Shown piece by piece: positions 37,413 to 50,349 of a stretch of 64,000 nt of DNA. This DNA is from Balanoglossus misakiensis (lineage: Eukaryota > Animalia > Hemichordata). The DNA lies in contig CM082590.2 of NCBI GenBank assembly GCA_040954595.2, positions 8,991,764 through 9,055,763 of the forward strand, in the 5' to 3' direction. Under the pieces are notes generated by a model. It was given only the letters and a program-made list of their open reading frames with translations. It ran no database searches and was not told where the DNA came from. The translations under genes and the position numbers were made by a program. Position 1 is the first letter of the stretch. The number at the start of each line of letters is the position of its first letter.

Positions 37413-39343
37413 TATGTCCATGGCAAAGTGATTTTTGTCCAAAGTAATGTTTTTTCCCTTCATACATACACCATGGTTTCTTTTGTACATTTTACTTACC
37501 AAGACTCATATTACCAGTACACCTTTTTTTAAAAAGAAAAAAAATGGCTTTGGGGATATTAGATTAAGGCAAACACTGTTTAATTTTGTAAATATGAATT
37601 TCAAATGTACGTCTAATATATGAAGTTGTGAAGAGAGAAATTATGAAACAATGTGTAAGCAATATCATTCCTGGAAATAAAGTTTAATTTCTGTCAGACA
37701 TACTTTTGTCTTGGAATTGTTTGTGGATGAGAGAGGAACCAGTAGATTTCTTGGGAGAATCAAAGATTTTGGAGGAAACAAATAGTGACTGAAAAAACTG
37801 TCATATCTGAAAGGTAAATAAGCTTCATACGAAAGGTAAATAGCCTTCACATGCTTCATATGAAAGGTAAATACCCTTCATATGAAAAATCTTATGACCA
37901 CATGAGGGCACTAATCAGAAGGGATTCCCAACTCACTGAGAGGGTGGGGGATGTGATTTGGACAATAAATTCAAATTTTCAATCTAAACGGCACAGACAT
38001 TAAAGCTTTGACAGATTTTAAGTCAGTATACTTGATTCTGAATGGTTTATGGCGAGCATTTCAGATTCGAACGATTGGCTGGGCGATGTGTTAAACCTGA
38101 CCAAGTCAGGGGCTTTTGTAGACTATGGCATCATCTCTTTCATGATGTGTTTATATGGAACTGTTTGTGTAGGGGTTAATATGGAGTGAGCTTGCTTGCA
38201 GAGAGCTGAGTTGGTAATTTCTCTGCAGTGAGTTGGATATTCTGCTCAAACTCCAGTATACTGTGTTCGCTTCCATTCAAACAATTATTTCACATATTTA
38301 ATAGACTATACAAATAATGTAATAATAATAATAATGACTATTTATTGCTGTATATAAACAATAAACAAAAAAATCTTTCAATAATAAACATAAAACAAAA
38401 ATAAAAAGCACAAATTAAAACTTAAGTGTCAAAGATATAATATGCTTTGAACAAAATCATGTATTTTATACAAAGAATTAATAATAACGCAAATTTACTA
38501 CTCTATGTAATACTAATAAAAATAAATGTTTAATAATAAATCTAAAACAAAAATAAACAACACATATAAAATTATAGATCTCATATCATGCAGTTTAGGT
38601 TATGAAAATAATATACAATTAAAATTTACTGCTATATGTAAACAAAAATATATTAAAAACAATAAGCATAAAAAAATAAAGATATATCAAATTTGGTTCC
38701 TTCAGTTCTCGTGTTATGCCAAAATGTTAAAATTCAATAAATATAAGAAGCAACACTCACTAACTTCAATAAGCTCTCAACAATTATCCATAAAGCTACA
38801 TTTTCCACAGACAGGTTCAATGTTTAGAACATCTGATTTAATTAAACTTATTTGGATATCGTCACTAGTTTTTAAAAAGTGAATAACATTTAGGAGGTCA
38901 GTCAGGACAAGTATAGTTCAAACAAGCTGACACAAGTACTGTAGAATGTGACTGCAAAAATATGTATGTTGGGATATGTTGAGTGAAAAAGAAAATGCAA
39001 GATACTAACATGATGACGATCTATGGTATGGGTGTCAAGTAGGGCTCCTATATACAACACTGAACAACACCACCATCGGAACTCAGAATAACAGAGCTAC
39101 TCATCGCTACCCGCTGAAAAGAACTTGGGCGATCTCCAGAAACTGTGTAAGGAAGTCCCACCTGACTCAGACTGATCAAGCCACTTATCACACACACAAA
39201 AAGAACAGAAATGGATCAACCTCTCCCCCTAACATTCTAAGTGCAAGTGTGAAAATAACCACCCACTGTTAAAACCATAATACTGATATCAAACTGCAGT
39301 ACAGCATGGCCATTTTGCACTTTTACCAAACAATTGAAAACTG

Positions 39344-42300
39344 TCACTCTTCACCACGAGAACTACATGAACTTCGAGAACTACCAGCACTGCTATGTCC
39401 ATCACTGAATTCCGACCAAGAACTTCTGCTGCCAAAAGTTTCATCAAAACCTCCCAATGGGTCAGAAGCATAAGCTGCTTTAACAGTTTCAACAATATTC
39501 TTTTCATCAAAATGTTCTGGCATATCATGAATATCATTATGACTTAAATCAATATAAGCTGATCTTTGTAAAGAATCAACAACAGATTGTAAGTTAATCA
39601 CACCTCTGTCTGTTATGTTATTATAACTCAAGTCAAGATGCTTTGAGCTTTTCAGTTTGGATAATACTTTGCTGAAAATATCAACACCAACATCTCCAAT
39701 GTTATTATGACTAAGATCCAGGTGTCTCAGCTCAGTCATATTCCTCATCCCTCTACCTAAACTCTTTGCACCAACATCTCCAATGTTATTATGACTAAGA
39801 TTCAGGTGTTCCAGCAGATACATTTTCCCCATCCCTTTACTTAAAGTTAAACTCTCTGCACCAACATCTCCAATGTTATTATGACTAAGATCCAGGTGTT
39901 CCAGCCAAGTCGTTTTCCCAATCCCTTTACTTAAACTCTCTGCACCAACATCTCCAATGTTATTATGACTAAGATCCAGGTGTATCAGCTCAGTCATTTT
40001 CCCCATCCCTTTACCTAAACTCTCTGCACCAACATCTCCAATGTTATTATGACTAAGATCCAGGTGTCTCAGCTCAGTCATATTCCCCATCCCTTTACTT
40101 AAACTCTCTACACCAACATCTCCTATGTTATTATGACTAAGATCCAGGTGTCTCAGGTCAGTCATATTCTCAATCCCTTTACTTAAACTCTCTGCACCGA
40201 CATCTCCAATGTTATTATGACTAAGATCCAGGTGTCTCAGGTCAGTCATATTCTCAATCCCTTTACTTAAACTCTCTGCACCAACATCTCCAATTTTATT
40301 ATGACTAAGATCCAGGTGTCTCAGCTCAGTCATTTTCCCCATCCCTTTACCTAAACTCTCTGCACCAACATCTCCAATTTTATTATGACTAAGATCCAGG
40401 TGTATCACCTCAGTCATTTTCCCCATCCCTTTACCTAAACTCTCTGCACCAACATCTCCAATGTTATTATGACTAAGGTCCAGGTGTTCCAGCCAAGTCG
40501 TTTTCCCAATCCCTTTACTTAAACTCTCTACACCAACATCTCCTATGTTATTATGACTAAGATCCAGGTGTCTCAGGTCAGTCATATTCTCAATCCCTTT
40601 ACTTAAACTCTCTGCACCAACATCTCCAATTTTATTATGACTAAGATCCAGGCGTTTCAGCCAAGTCATATTCTCCATCCCTCTACTTAAACTCTCTGCA
40701 CCAACATCCCCAATGTTATTATGACTAAGATCCAGGTGTCTCAGCCAATGCATATTCTCCATCTCTCTACTTAAACTCTCAGCACCAACATCTCCAATGT
40801 TATTATGACTAAGATCCAGGTGCATCAGCAAAGTCATATTCCCCATCCCTTTACTTAAATTCTCTGCACCAACATCTCCAATGTTATTATGACTAAGATC
40901 CAGGTGTCCCAGCCCAGTCATATTCCCCATCCCTATACTTAAATTCTCTGCACCAACATCTCCAATGTTATTATAACTAAGATCCAGGTGTCTCAGACTA
41001 GTCATATCCTCCATCCCTCTACTTAAACTCTCTGCACCAACATCTCCAATGTTATTATAACTAAGATCCAGGTGTCTCAGACTAGTCATATTCTCCATCC
41101 CTCTACTTAAACTCTCTGCACCGACATCTCCAATGTTATTATGACTAAGATCCAGGTGTCTCAGACTAGTCATATTCTCCATCCCTCTACTTAAACTCTC
41201 TGCACCGACATCTCCAATGTTATTATGACTAAGATCCAGGTGTCTCAGACTAGTCATATTCTCCATCCCTCTACTTAAACTCTCTGCACCAACATCTCCA
41301 ATGTTATTATGACTAAGATCCAGGTGTTCCAGCTCAGTCATATTCCCCATCCCTTTACTTAAACTCTCTGCACTAACATCCCCAAAATGACAACCACTAA
41401 GTTTCAGAGTTTGCACAAATGAAAGAATACTCAACCCATCACAGAAGTCTTCAAATTCAGCCTGACTCCACTGCTTACTTACTTCCACACTTTTACATTC
41501 TTTGACCACTTCCTTGATGAATATTAATTTATCTAGAGTAAGACTGTCTTCATCAAAATTGACATTATGGAAAGAAGTCTGCAGGGGAATGTGTGGTAGG
41601 ATGTACTTTAGGCGTCTAATGTCACTGCTAGCAACATTGACAATTTGTTGTTGATTCTGTCGCACAGTGTTCAACAAACCAACTATTCCTCTCAAAGTGA
41701 TACCAGTGTTACTAAAATTAACATCAGTGAGATATTTTAGTATATGCAGTTTCCCACACATGTACTTAATGCCATCATCTCCTATGTTATTTGAACTGAC
41801 GTCTAAATGTCTCAAAGACAACAGATGCTCAAAACTGTCGGCAACAACTTTAGCATTATCAGTAGTGAAACCAGACTCTGTAATAACTAAATGTTTTAAG
41901 TTCTTGAAGAAAACTAAATTTAAACATAACAAGTTGGTAATGTCAGAAGATAAACTTGAAACATTTATTTGTTCTACATAGTTTAGTTGTTTGTGCAAAT
42001 TGAAAATGTCACCCACAGTTTGGAAGTGTGTCACATGTGATTTGAAATCTCCAACCTGGTTCACAATCTGTTCACACTCAAACAACCTTCCAAGACTTTC
42101 TTCCACCCCATTATTCTTCAACAGAACATTGATTTCACCAACCAACGGTAACAATGCTACACATCCAAGGGAACCTAACTTGTTATTTGAGACATCTAGA
42201 TCCTTCAGAAATTGAAAAGATTTGACAGCTCTCAAAAGTACATCAATAAAGGTGTATTCTAAATCATTATGTGGCAACTCCAATGTCCTTACTTTCAATG

Positions 42301-45300
42301 ACACATTTTCACTTACCACCATTTCCAAAACCTTTGTGATAAATGCTTCCTTAAATCCACTTAAATGGAGTGATTTCAACAGAGGCAGTGATCCCAATGC
42401 TTTGACAAGTGCCTGAATTGTTTCATGACCAACATCCTGAAAGTTGTCATCAACCGCTTCAATAGTCAGACCCCTCAGACCGACCTCACTGTGACCTCTG
42501 ACAGATTTGTGTGTGTGAGCCATTAAGAGTTGATGGAATGTGATATATCTAGTGGCCACAGTCAACTCAGTTGAGTTTTTCATTTGAAATTTCACAGTGG
42601 ATGCTGGATTTTCAATCATTACATTCAGGTGTTTGTTGAACTCTTCTGAAAGGTCTGCCCTTTCTTTATCGCTTGTCAAATTGATATTCTGAACAACAGA
42701 AGTATTCTTTATAATGAATGATGAAGCTTGCAAACTTTGCAGAGAGACTCTATTTAAATCATATTCTGATAGTTCTAATGTCTGCGGTTTTAATAATTGT
42801 TGAATAATGCCTGTAAACTTTTCTGGATATTTTGATTCAAGAAGACAAGACCCAAGTAGTGCAAAATAGTCATAGGTCACTGGATATTTCTTCATAATAT
42901 AGTTTGTGAGTACTATAAAGAAGAATGTTGCATACTCGTGAAGGATACCAGCTACATAATGTAAAGTGACTGGCATCAACTCTACCAACATCTCAATTGT
43001 ATGTTGCTTCAGAAATATATCTTTGGTTTTGCTGATATATAAAGCAATGGCATAAAAGTAAAAATACTGATTCAGAACAAGACATTTTTGAACCACACTG
43101 CTATCATAATCATCACTCTCATTAGCATCACTCTCATTAGCATCACTCTCATTAGCATCACTCTCATTAGCATCACCCTCATTAGCATCACCCTCATTAG
43201 CATCACTCTCATTAGCATCACTCTCATTAGCATCACTCTCATTAGCATCACTCTCATTAGCATCACTCTCATTAGCATATACAGTCTCATTATCATCACT
43301 CTCATTATCATCACTCTCATTAGCATATACCCATATGGTCTCATTATCATCACTCTCATTATCATCACTCTCATTAGCATCACTCTCATTAGCATATACA
43401 GTCTCATTATCATCACTCTCATTATCATCACTCTCATTAGCATATACCCATATGGTCTCATTATCATCACTCTCATTATCATCACTCTCATTAGCATCAC
43501 TCTCATTAGAATATACAGTCTCATTATCATCACTCCCATTATCATCACTCTCATTAGCATCACTCTCATTAGCATATACAGTCTCATTATCATCACTCTC
43601 ATTAGAATATACAGTCTCATTATCATCACTCCCATTATCATCACTCTCATTAGCATCACTCTCATTAGCATATACAGTCTCATTATCATCACTCTCATTA
43701 GCATATACCCATACAGTCTCATTATCATCACTCTCATTAGAATATACAGTCTCATTATCATCACTCCCATTATCATCACTCTCATTAGCATCACTCTCAT
43801 TAGCATATACAGTCTCATTATCATCACTCTCATTAGCATCACTCTCATTAGAATATACAGTCTCATTATCATCACTCTCATTAGCATCACTCTCATTAGA
43901 ATATACAGTCTCATTATCATCACTCCCATTATCATCACTCTCATTAGCATCACTCTCATTAGCATATACAGTCTCATTATCATCACTCTCATTAGCATCA
44001 CTCTCATTATCATCACTCTCATTAGCATCACTCTCATTATCATCACTCTCATTATCATCACTCTCATTATCATCATTATCATAATAACCAATCTCATAAT
44101 CATCATAATCAGAATCACATGGATAGGTCATCCACAAACCAAATAAATAATTCTCTTCATAAGAGGCATCAAACTCTAGACACACAGTTTTGCTTTTCTC
44201 AAATTCCTGAAATGCTTGTTGCCCAATTTCACAAAGCCTGTCCTGCACTACATCCCAAACATTCTCTATCTCAAGTTGATGTTCCCTACAGTACATCTCT
44301 ACATGATGTTTAATTGCATATTCAGCTGCTTCTGTCAAAGTTGATGGTAAAGTGTAACAATTCTCATACCAGTAAGATACAAGAGAAGGAAAGAAAAATT
44401 CTTCTGATCTCAATTCACCCACAATTGGATGAAATCTGGACTGCTGTATCAAATACTTAGCTTGGCTCTTCTCTTCTACATGATCTAAAACATATCTCTC
44501 CCATTCATTGCATGCAACAGTCCTCACCCAGGTCTTCTTAGGGATGGTGTAGACAGCAGACATATCTGATAGAAACAAAAAATATGTACTATATGTAATT
44601 ATGCTTAATATTTTCAACACACAAAATACAAACAAAGATTTTGTTTGGCCAGTCTTCTCAAAGTGTCATTCAGTGACACAACTACATGTAGTTAAGAACA
44701 TTGTCAAGGGCAAGGTCAGTGAAATCTTGATCAATTTTATCCATTTCAGCAGTAGTCAGATAATGAAAAGGAAAATGTATGTCTGCCTTGAGGCAGGTAG
44801 GATACATTGGTAGATTTACACTAAGCAAAGGAATTTGCGAAATGTATGATGTGTTGTCAAATTTGTGAAGATGTACCGGGTAGATACTCACCATGAAGTA
44901 TGTGTTTGACAGTCTCATACTCCTTTTCATCTATCTTCATTCTGATTCTGACAACACATCCAGCCTTCTCTGCTAGGGATCTCATCTCGGATGTTATTAG
45001 GATACCACTCAGCATTTCATCAACTTCTCCAGCTTTGTATTTCTGCCAGAAATAATCAATGTCCTCCTCTGAAAGGAAACTTAGTAAGAACCACAAAGAG
45101 CTTTGCACAACTCCATCTAATCTTGCTTTGTACTTCTCATAGGCTTCATCTAATTGTTTTATTACATCTGGGTCATCTCTGTCCATGATTTTCTTCACCT
45201 GACGTTCATACATTGCTGTTATTTGATCTTCCCACACCTGTTTCTGCTTCATTTTCTCCTTTTCAAGTTCCATTTTCTCTCTTTCAAACTCCATTGCTTT

Positions 45301-48300
45301 GTTTTCTTTCTCCATTTCCACCTTCAACTTTTCAAGCTCTATTCTTTGTTGTTCTGTTTCATGCTCCATCCTTTTCTGTTCTGTTTCAAGCTCCATCTTT
45401 TTCTGTTCCGTTTCAAGCTCCTTTTTCTTGTATTCTGTTTCCACTCTCATCTTCTCCATCTCCATCTTCATCTTCTTTTCTTCAAATTCCAGATTTACTT
45501 CACAATGAACAGCTACAGATTGAATAAACAGTGAAACAGTTTAGCATTAATTTTAAATTAACGATCAAAATAGATTTTTCTCCCAAAACAGTAATATAAT
45601 AACTTCATCATAATTTCAATCGTGATGTGTTATCAATAGAGGAATCAGACAGTGTCAATTTTACTGTTAATGTCAAAGCTCAGATATCTCGTGTGTGTTT
45701 TGAGTATAGATGACATCAACTGCAACTGTGGTTAAATGACCATTTCACTTAACCACCAGTCAATTTTGATAATTGAGACAGGATTAGATTAAAATGTCTG
45801 CCGGTTGACTGTCCATGGGGGTGACTGTCTCCAAGAACCTTTGGTGTTCAGGAAAAGTAATTCATAGATGATGAGAAAAAGGAAGATTCTGTAAAATCAT
45901 GAAAGAGTACAAGGTAGGAAACATAACTTACTTGGCATCAATGGCCTTTTCCGTTGTATCCGTTTTGATTTGTGAGTTTCACTTGTTGGTTTCTCATCTG
46001 AAACAACAGTAGATTCTGGACTGCCTGTAAGAGAAACGTTTAAATTTTTAAAATGACAGCAGTTCATGGTGAAAAAGAGTGTGTATTTTTAACACTACTG
46101 GTCCAATCAAAGAAAGCAATCAAACTGTACTTACCAAGGTTTTGTGGCTGGGGTGAGAGTGACTGGGAAGAACAGGCATATTCAAAACCTCCTACACCTT
46201 CATCAGTTAAAGAACTCCTTACATTATGGGTTGGTGATTTGGGACTTACCGTGATCACTAGAAAACAGAAAAATAAAGTTTAATGACTGACAGTTGCATT
46301 TAAAATCTTATAACGAGATTACCAGTAATAAAAATATGAAGTGTTAAAAACTACATATTGCATTCTTTATTAATAACGAAACATCAGTTTCTGCACTCAT
46401 GTTTTTCAATCTTCAGGAGCCTGAAAGTTATAAAGTGTTCTTACCCAGGTTTTCTTGTTTGGGTGAGAGTGACTGGGAAAGCTGGCCATCATCAAAAGTT
46501 GCAAAACGTTCATGAGTTGAGGGGGTCTTTCCATCCTCAACTGGTGAATGAGGTGTTGGAACTGGAAGAAAGAAGCAAAATATCAATGACTAAAATTCGT
46601 AATCTGAAGTCTTGTATTAAATAAGACGAGTGAGATTATGAAAATTTACACTATTGGAAGGAAACTAACACATTTTGTTTTGGGATTGTGTGTGGAAAAG
46701 GAAATACTTACTTTGTGCAGGCTGTGTACTTGGGACCTCTTTGAAACAAGCTCTGAACTTTTCATGACTGTCAGAAATCTCTGTGTGACTGAGATACATA
46801 TTCTTCAAACGTGTCGCCTTGGGTATTGCATGTGTTGCTCTCAACATCTTATTGATCTGTTCTGATAAATCCCCATCAACAGAAGGATCATACATGAAGT
46901 ACTTAGCTTCATGGCCTAGGTATGCGTTCATGAAAGTTGCTAATGCAGTTCTTTCCGGAACTAACACAGGTAGTCCTGCAGCAATGGATCGTAATCCCTC
47001 CATCCTGAATGGCTCATCAGGTGGTATAATACAGACATTACTCTGACGTAAATCTCTGTAAATATCATCTTGAGAGCCGTATGAGGGATAAATGTTTGGT
47101 TTTATGTGCAGACAATTTAAGTTGCCTGTAAGAAAAGTATTTGTGTTAGCAACATCAGCTTCCGGGGGAGTACGTACACACCACAATGGAACCGTCACGT
47201 GCATAGAGTTGAATGTACCAGCTGTTTTTCCAACTTCAGCTGCCAGTGTTTTATATCGTGGGGATTCCACGGCTGTATCAGATATCACAGTCAGGATTTG
47301 TTTCAAGTCACTTGTTTTTTCTATTTCATCCACATTAACATCAAAGAATTCTTTCTCTGGTCTTGGAAGATACAACTCATGTCTTACAGGAACCGAGTTT
47401 GTTTGGTAGAGTTTCTTGTAACGTTCAAAGACATCTGGTCCAACAGAGAAAATTGCAGATGCCTCCTCTGCAAATTTGATGTGTTTGTCTTGTACTTCAA
47501 CTGATGGGATGGTGTGATTGATGAGGATAATGTTAGCATCTTTGAAATATCGTTTCCTCAAAACATTTGCAACCAGGAGCTTTTCTGAAGGCTTGACATG
47601 TTCCACAATGTATTCCACATTTTGTAACTCTGTGAGGGTTGTAAAGTAAGTCTCTGGTGCAAGAATCCATTTTGGAACGGGCTCATCTTTTCCAAAGGCA
47701 TCCTCGAGTTCTTCTCTCAAACTTGGAAGTATCAACTCAACTCCACAATCAGCTGCATCTTTCCTTTCTTCGTCACTTGCCTCCAAAACAACACAGCATG
47801 TTTTACATTGTCTGTCTTCAGCTACACTGCTGGCAAGTTGACAGTTGAGGGCAGATACAGTGTCCTTCACACGATTCCACTTTTCAGCCAGGAATACGAT
47901 GGTCTTTTTGAGGTCCTTATCTGAAAAAAGAACACACAAGATGTTTATTGATTTGCAATGCAAACCTAATTTTATGAAGAAATCGCACACTATTTAAACA
48001 CAGCGATATGACAGAAGCAGATTTTGTTACAGAAAAGCAAGAAATTTGATCATTTTCTTTTCCTTTTTTTCAAATCGTGCATAAATTTGGTAGTGAAAGT
48101 TTCATTTCCACAAATCCCCATCCCACACTGGTGATGCAAGATAATTCTCCATATTACTTAACATGTAGCTGTCAATACTTGCACCTGGGAATCACTGATT
48201 GGTTATCATTAATTGGTAAGATTTTTTTACCTTTCTCATTAGTGTCCTTTCCTACTAAAACAGTTTGTTGCCTAGGTGATGGTGACTGTCGTCTTGATGT

Positions 48301-49776
48301 CAAGGAATACTGTTCATGTCTGTCTATGTGGTGTTGTAAACTTGTGGTTTCACCTTCTGGATCTTTCATCATTGTCGTCATCTCTATCTGTGTTGCAGCT
48401 GAACTAACTGCACTGCTAGCAGCAACATCACCGACATCTGAAATACCTGAAGTATATGAAAGAATGAAAGATAAACATTAAAGAGAGAATTAATTGTGTG
48501 TGTGTTGTACTCCTTTAAAAATATATTTCAATTACCACAGGCACGATCCAAGTGTTTGACTTCTCAAAATTATTTTGACCACTATTTCTTTTCAAAATTA
48601 AGTTTTCATTTCAGTGTTTCAGTCACTTTGACATCACTTCTTTATTGTAAAATGCTGCAAGTCCTTACCATAAGATCCTGTGGTGGATATTGGAGTTTTG
48701 GACTCTACTTCTCTTGTCACTGCCTCATATGGATAGTCTTTGTCAAATCCTTTCTCATATCGAACTTCTACATGCTTCGCTAACATGTAATCTCCGGCAA
48801 TTTCCAACAGCTGAATAAGTGTCTCAGATTTGTCTCTTGATAAATGTCCATAGTTACACAATACTTCGAACAAACTGTACAGACGATTGCTTTTCAAAAT
48901 TTCTTCCCTTACACTTTTAGGTATTGGAGGGTTCATTAAAGCAGATACTGCTTCTACCAACTTTCTCAGGCCATCTGTAAGAAAAAGAGAAGAAGAGAAT
49001 AAACTTGCTATAATATCTCTGTTCTGAGTCTTGTTCAAAAGATCAAATGAGACTTTTTGAAGATGTCACGGTTGGTTAAATTCTGCTTTATCAATTTCAA
49101 AATGTACAGTGTAACACACTGATGGGACCATGCATATAATGCATTGATATGTGGGATCAAATTTACAATCTTGTGCAGCACGAAGTATTGAGTGAATTTA
49201 ATTGAGACATCTTTATGTGAGTTAAACGGGACAAAGTCTCACTCTCGCTGCCCTTTTTTCCATTAATTATGTTTGATACAAGACACTGTTTATGTTATTC
49301 TAAATGTGGATATATAGTGAATCAACGTTCAACCACACAGTTTCCATCCCACTTGTAGAAACTCGCCAAAATGAATAACTGGATGGAAGTTGTGTGTAGT
49401 CAAACGTAGATTCTCAATATATCCACATGTACCGGTACATTAACATAAACAGTGTCTTGTATCAAACATAATTAATGGAAAAAAGGGCAGCGAGAGAGAG
49501 ACTTTGTCCCTTTAATGGATCTAGCCATGAGAAATTGCAGTCATACACTGATGTAGGAATCACAATGTCTCCTGAGTGGATCATTATCCATAGGGAAGAG
49601 AACAAACAGCCCCATCACTGAATTCCATCCTGAATTCTGAAAGCAAAATGAACAAAGTTCTACACACCTTCAGTTATGTCTGCTGCCAGTTTGATAAGAT
49701 ACAAATTGAAGGGATCAAATAATGGCTTTGTACTGGTAGATGTTCTTTGACAGTCGTCTGCTTGCAAAGATGCCAT
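39344..49776 (-). CDS. NLR-related multidomain protein: DED - GT-B (GT4-like) - coiled coil - TRADD-N-like - degenerate NACHT-associated helical/WHD with acidic repeat - RI-type LRRs, about 2671 aa
   Basis: All-phase-1 exons: 49776-49668 (MASLQ..FDPFNLYLIKLAADITE), 48974-48669 (DGLRKLV..IPKSVREEI..SLFEVLCNYGHLSRDKSETLIQLLEIAG), 48446-48231, 47920-46712 (GT-like), 46561-46445, 46257-46135, 46024-45932, 45512-44892 (coiled coil + TRADD-N-like), 44565-39344 (helical region, NESDD repeat, LRRs). Sum 8016 nt, open throughout. Domain names are by motif recognition. Confidence 0.8.
39690..41385 (-). repeat. Coding tandem array of about 20 x 84-bp (28-aa) ribonuclease-inhibitor-type LRRs
   Basis: Unit LDLSHNNIGDVGAESLSKGMxNMTxLxH is near-identical at DNA level (ccaacatctccaatgttattatgactaagatccaggtg on +); one unit has a 6-nt insertion (ESLTLSKG). 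Confidence 0.95.
43108..44085 (-). repeat. Coding minisatellite, 15-bp NESDD/NESDA units interspersed with NETVYA/NETVYS/NETIWVYA units
   Basis: catcactctcattag / catcactctcattat repeated for about 1 kb, in frame within ORF 39344..44635. Confidence 0.95.
46712..47920 (-). other. Single-exon GT-B fold (GT4/MshA-like) glycosyltransferase-like domain
   Basis: TIVFLAEKWN..VSALNCQLA, IFSVGPDVFERY, HELYLPRP, YGSQDDIYRDLRQSNVCIIPPDEPFRMEGLRSIAAGLPVLV resemble the GT4 EPFGLxxLEAxAxGxPV signature. Confidence 0.75.
49222..49515. mobile_element. MITE family C, full copy in intron of NLR-related gene
   Basis: ttaaacgggacaaagtctcactctcgctgccc...gggcagcgagagagagactttgtccctttaa. Half copies at about 58541-58680 and 61195-61324. 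Confidence 0.8.
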
Positions 49777-50349
49777 TTTAACATGGATTCATCAGAGTGA
49801 TATACTACAGCTCAAATAACATCTACTACCCGGTGCACCTGTAAAAAGAAGGTACAGACGTATGATTTTACGTTTACAAATGTAGTATTATTGGTGATTG
49901 ACCTAAAGCTTGAGCAAACCCGAAAGTTCAAATTTGGATGAAAAAGTCATATGATTTTATCAATGATACACACATCAGGGGAGCACATCATTGATTAACT
50001 GTTACCTTACCATAATGCGACTGAGGGCCCATTAAATATTTTGTCATTAATATCAAACCAAATAGTTTCAATGCACAGTATCAGTAATTAACACTTTCCT
50101 AATTATGGTAGCTCTACTTAACATTATCGGGTAGTATAATTTTCTCATTGTTTATATTTGTTGACGCAACCGTGGACCAAACTTTTTTGGCAGGCCTCAG
50201 CTTATACCTTGGCTGTTTGAAAATACAACCAGTCCACTGAATCTGAGCAGGTCAATAGTCCAACCACTCCCAAGCTTGGCTAGCTATGTGGACTCTAAAT
50301 GACGTGGCTTTTATGACTATACCTATTATTCACAAGTGGTATGGGCTAT

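Noticed and set aside
38300-38900. ORF 38526..38882 (K/N/I-rich)
   Set aside because: Very AT-rich low-complexity stretch between convergent 3' ends; likely UTR/intergenic.
39690-41385. Repeat-spacer appearance of the 84-bp array
   Set aside because: It is in-frame LRR coding sequence; the variable parts are homologous to each other.
43072-44146. ORFs 43072..44118, 43088..44146 and 43335..44084 (MRVMI, ITLIS, SLSLA repeats)
   Set aside because: Alternative-frame and antisense shadows of the 15-bp minisatellite, which lacks stops in those frames.
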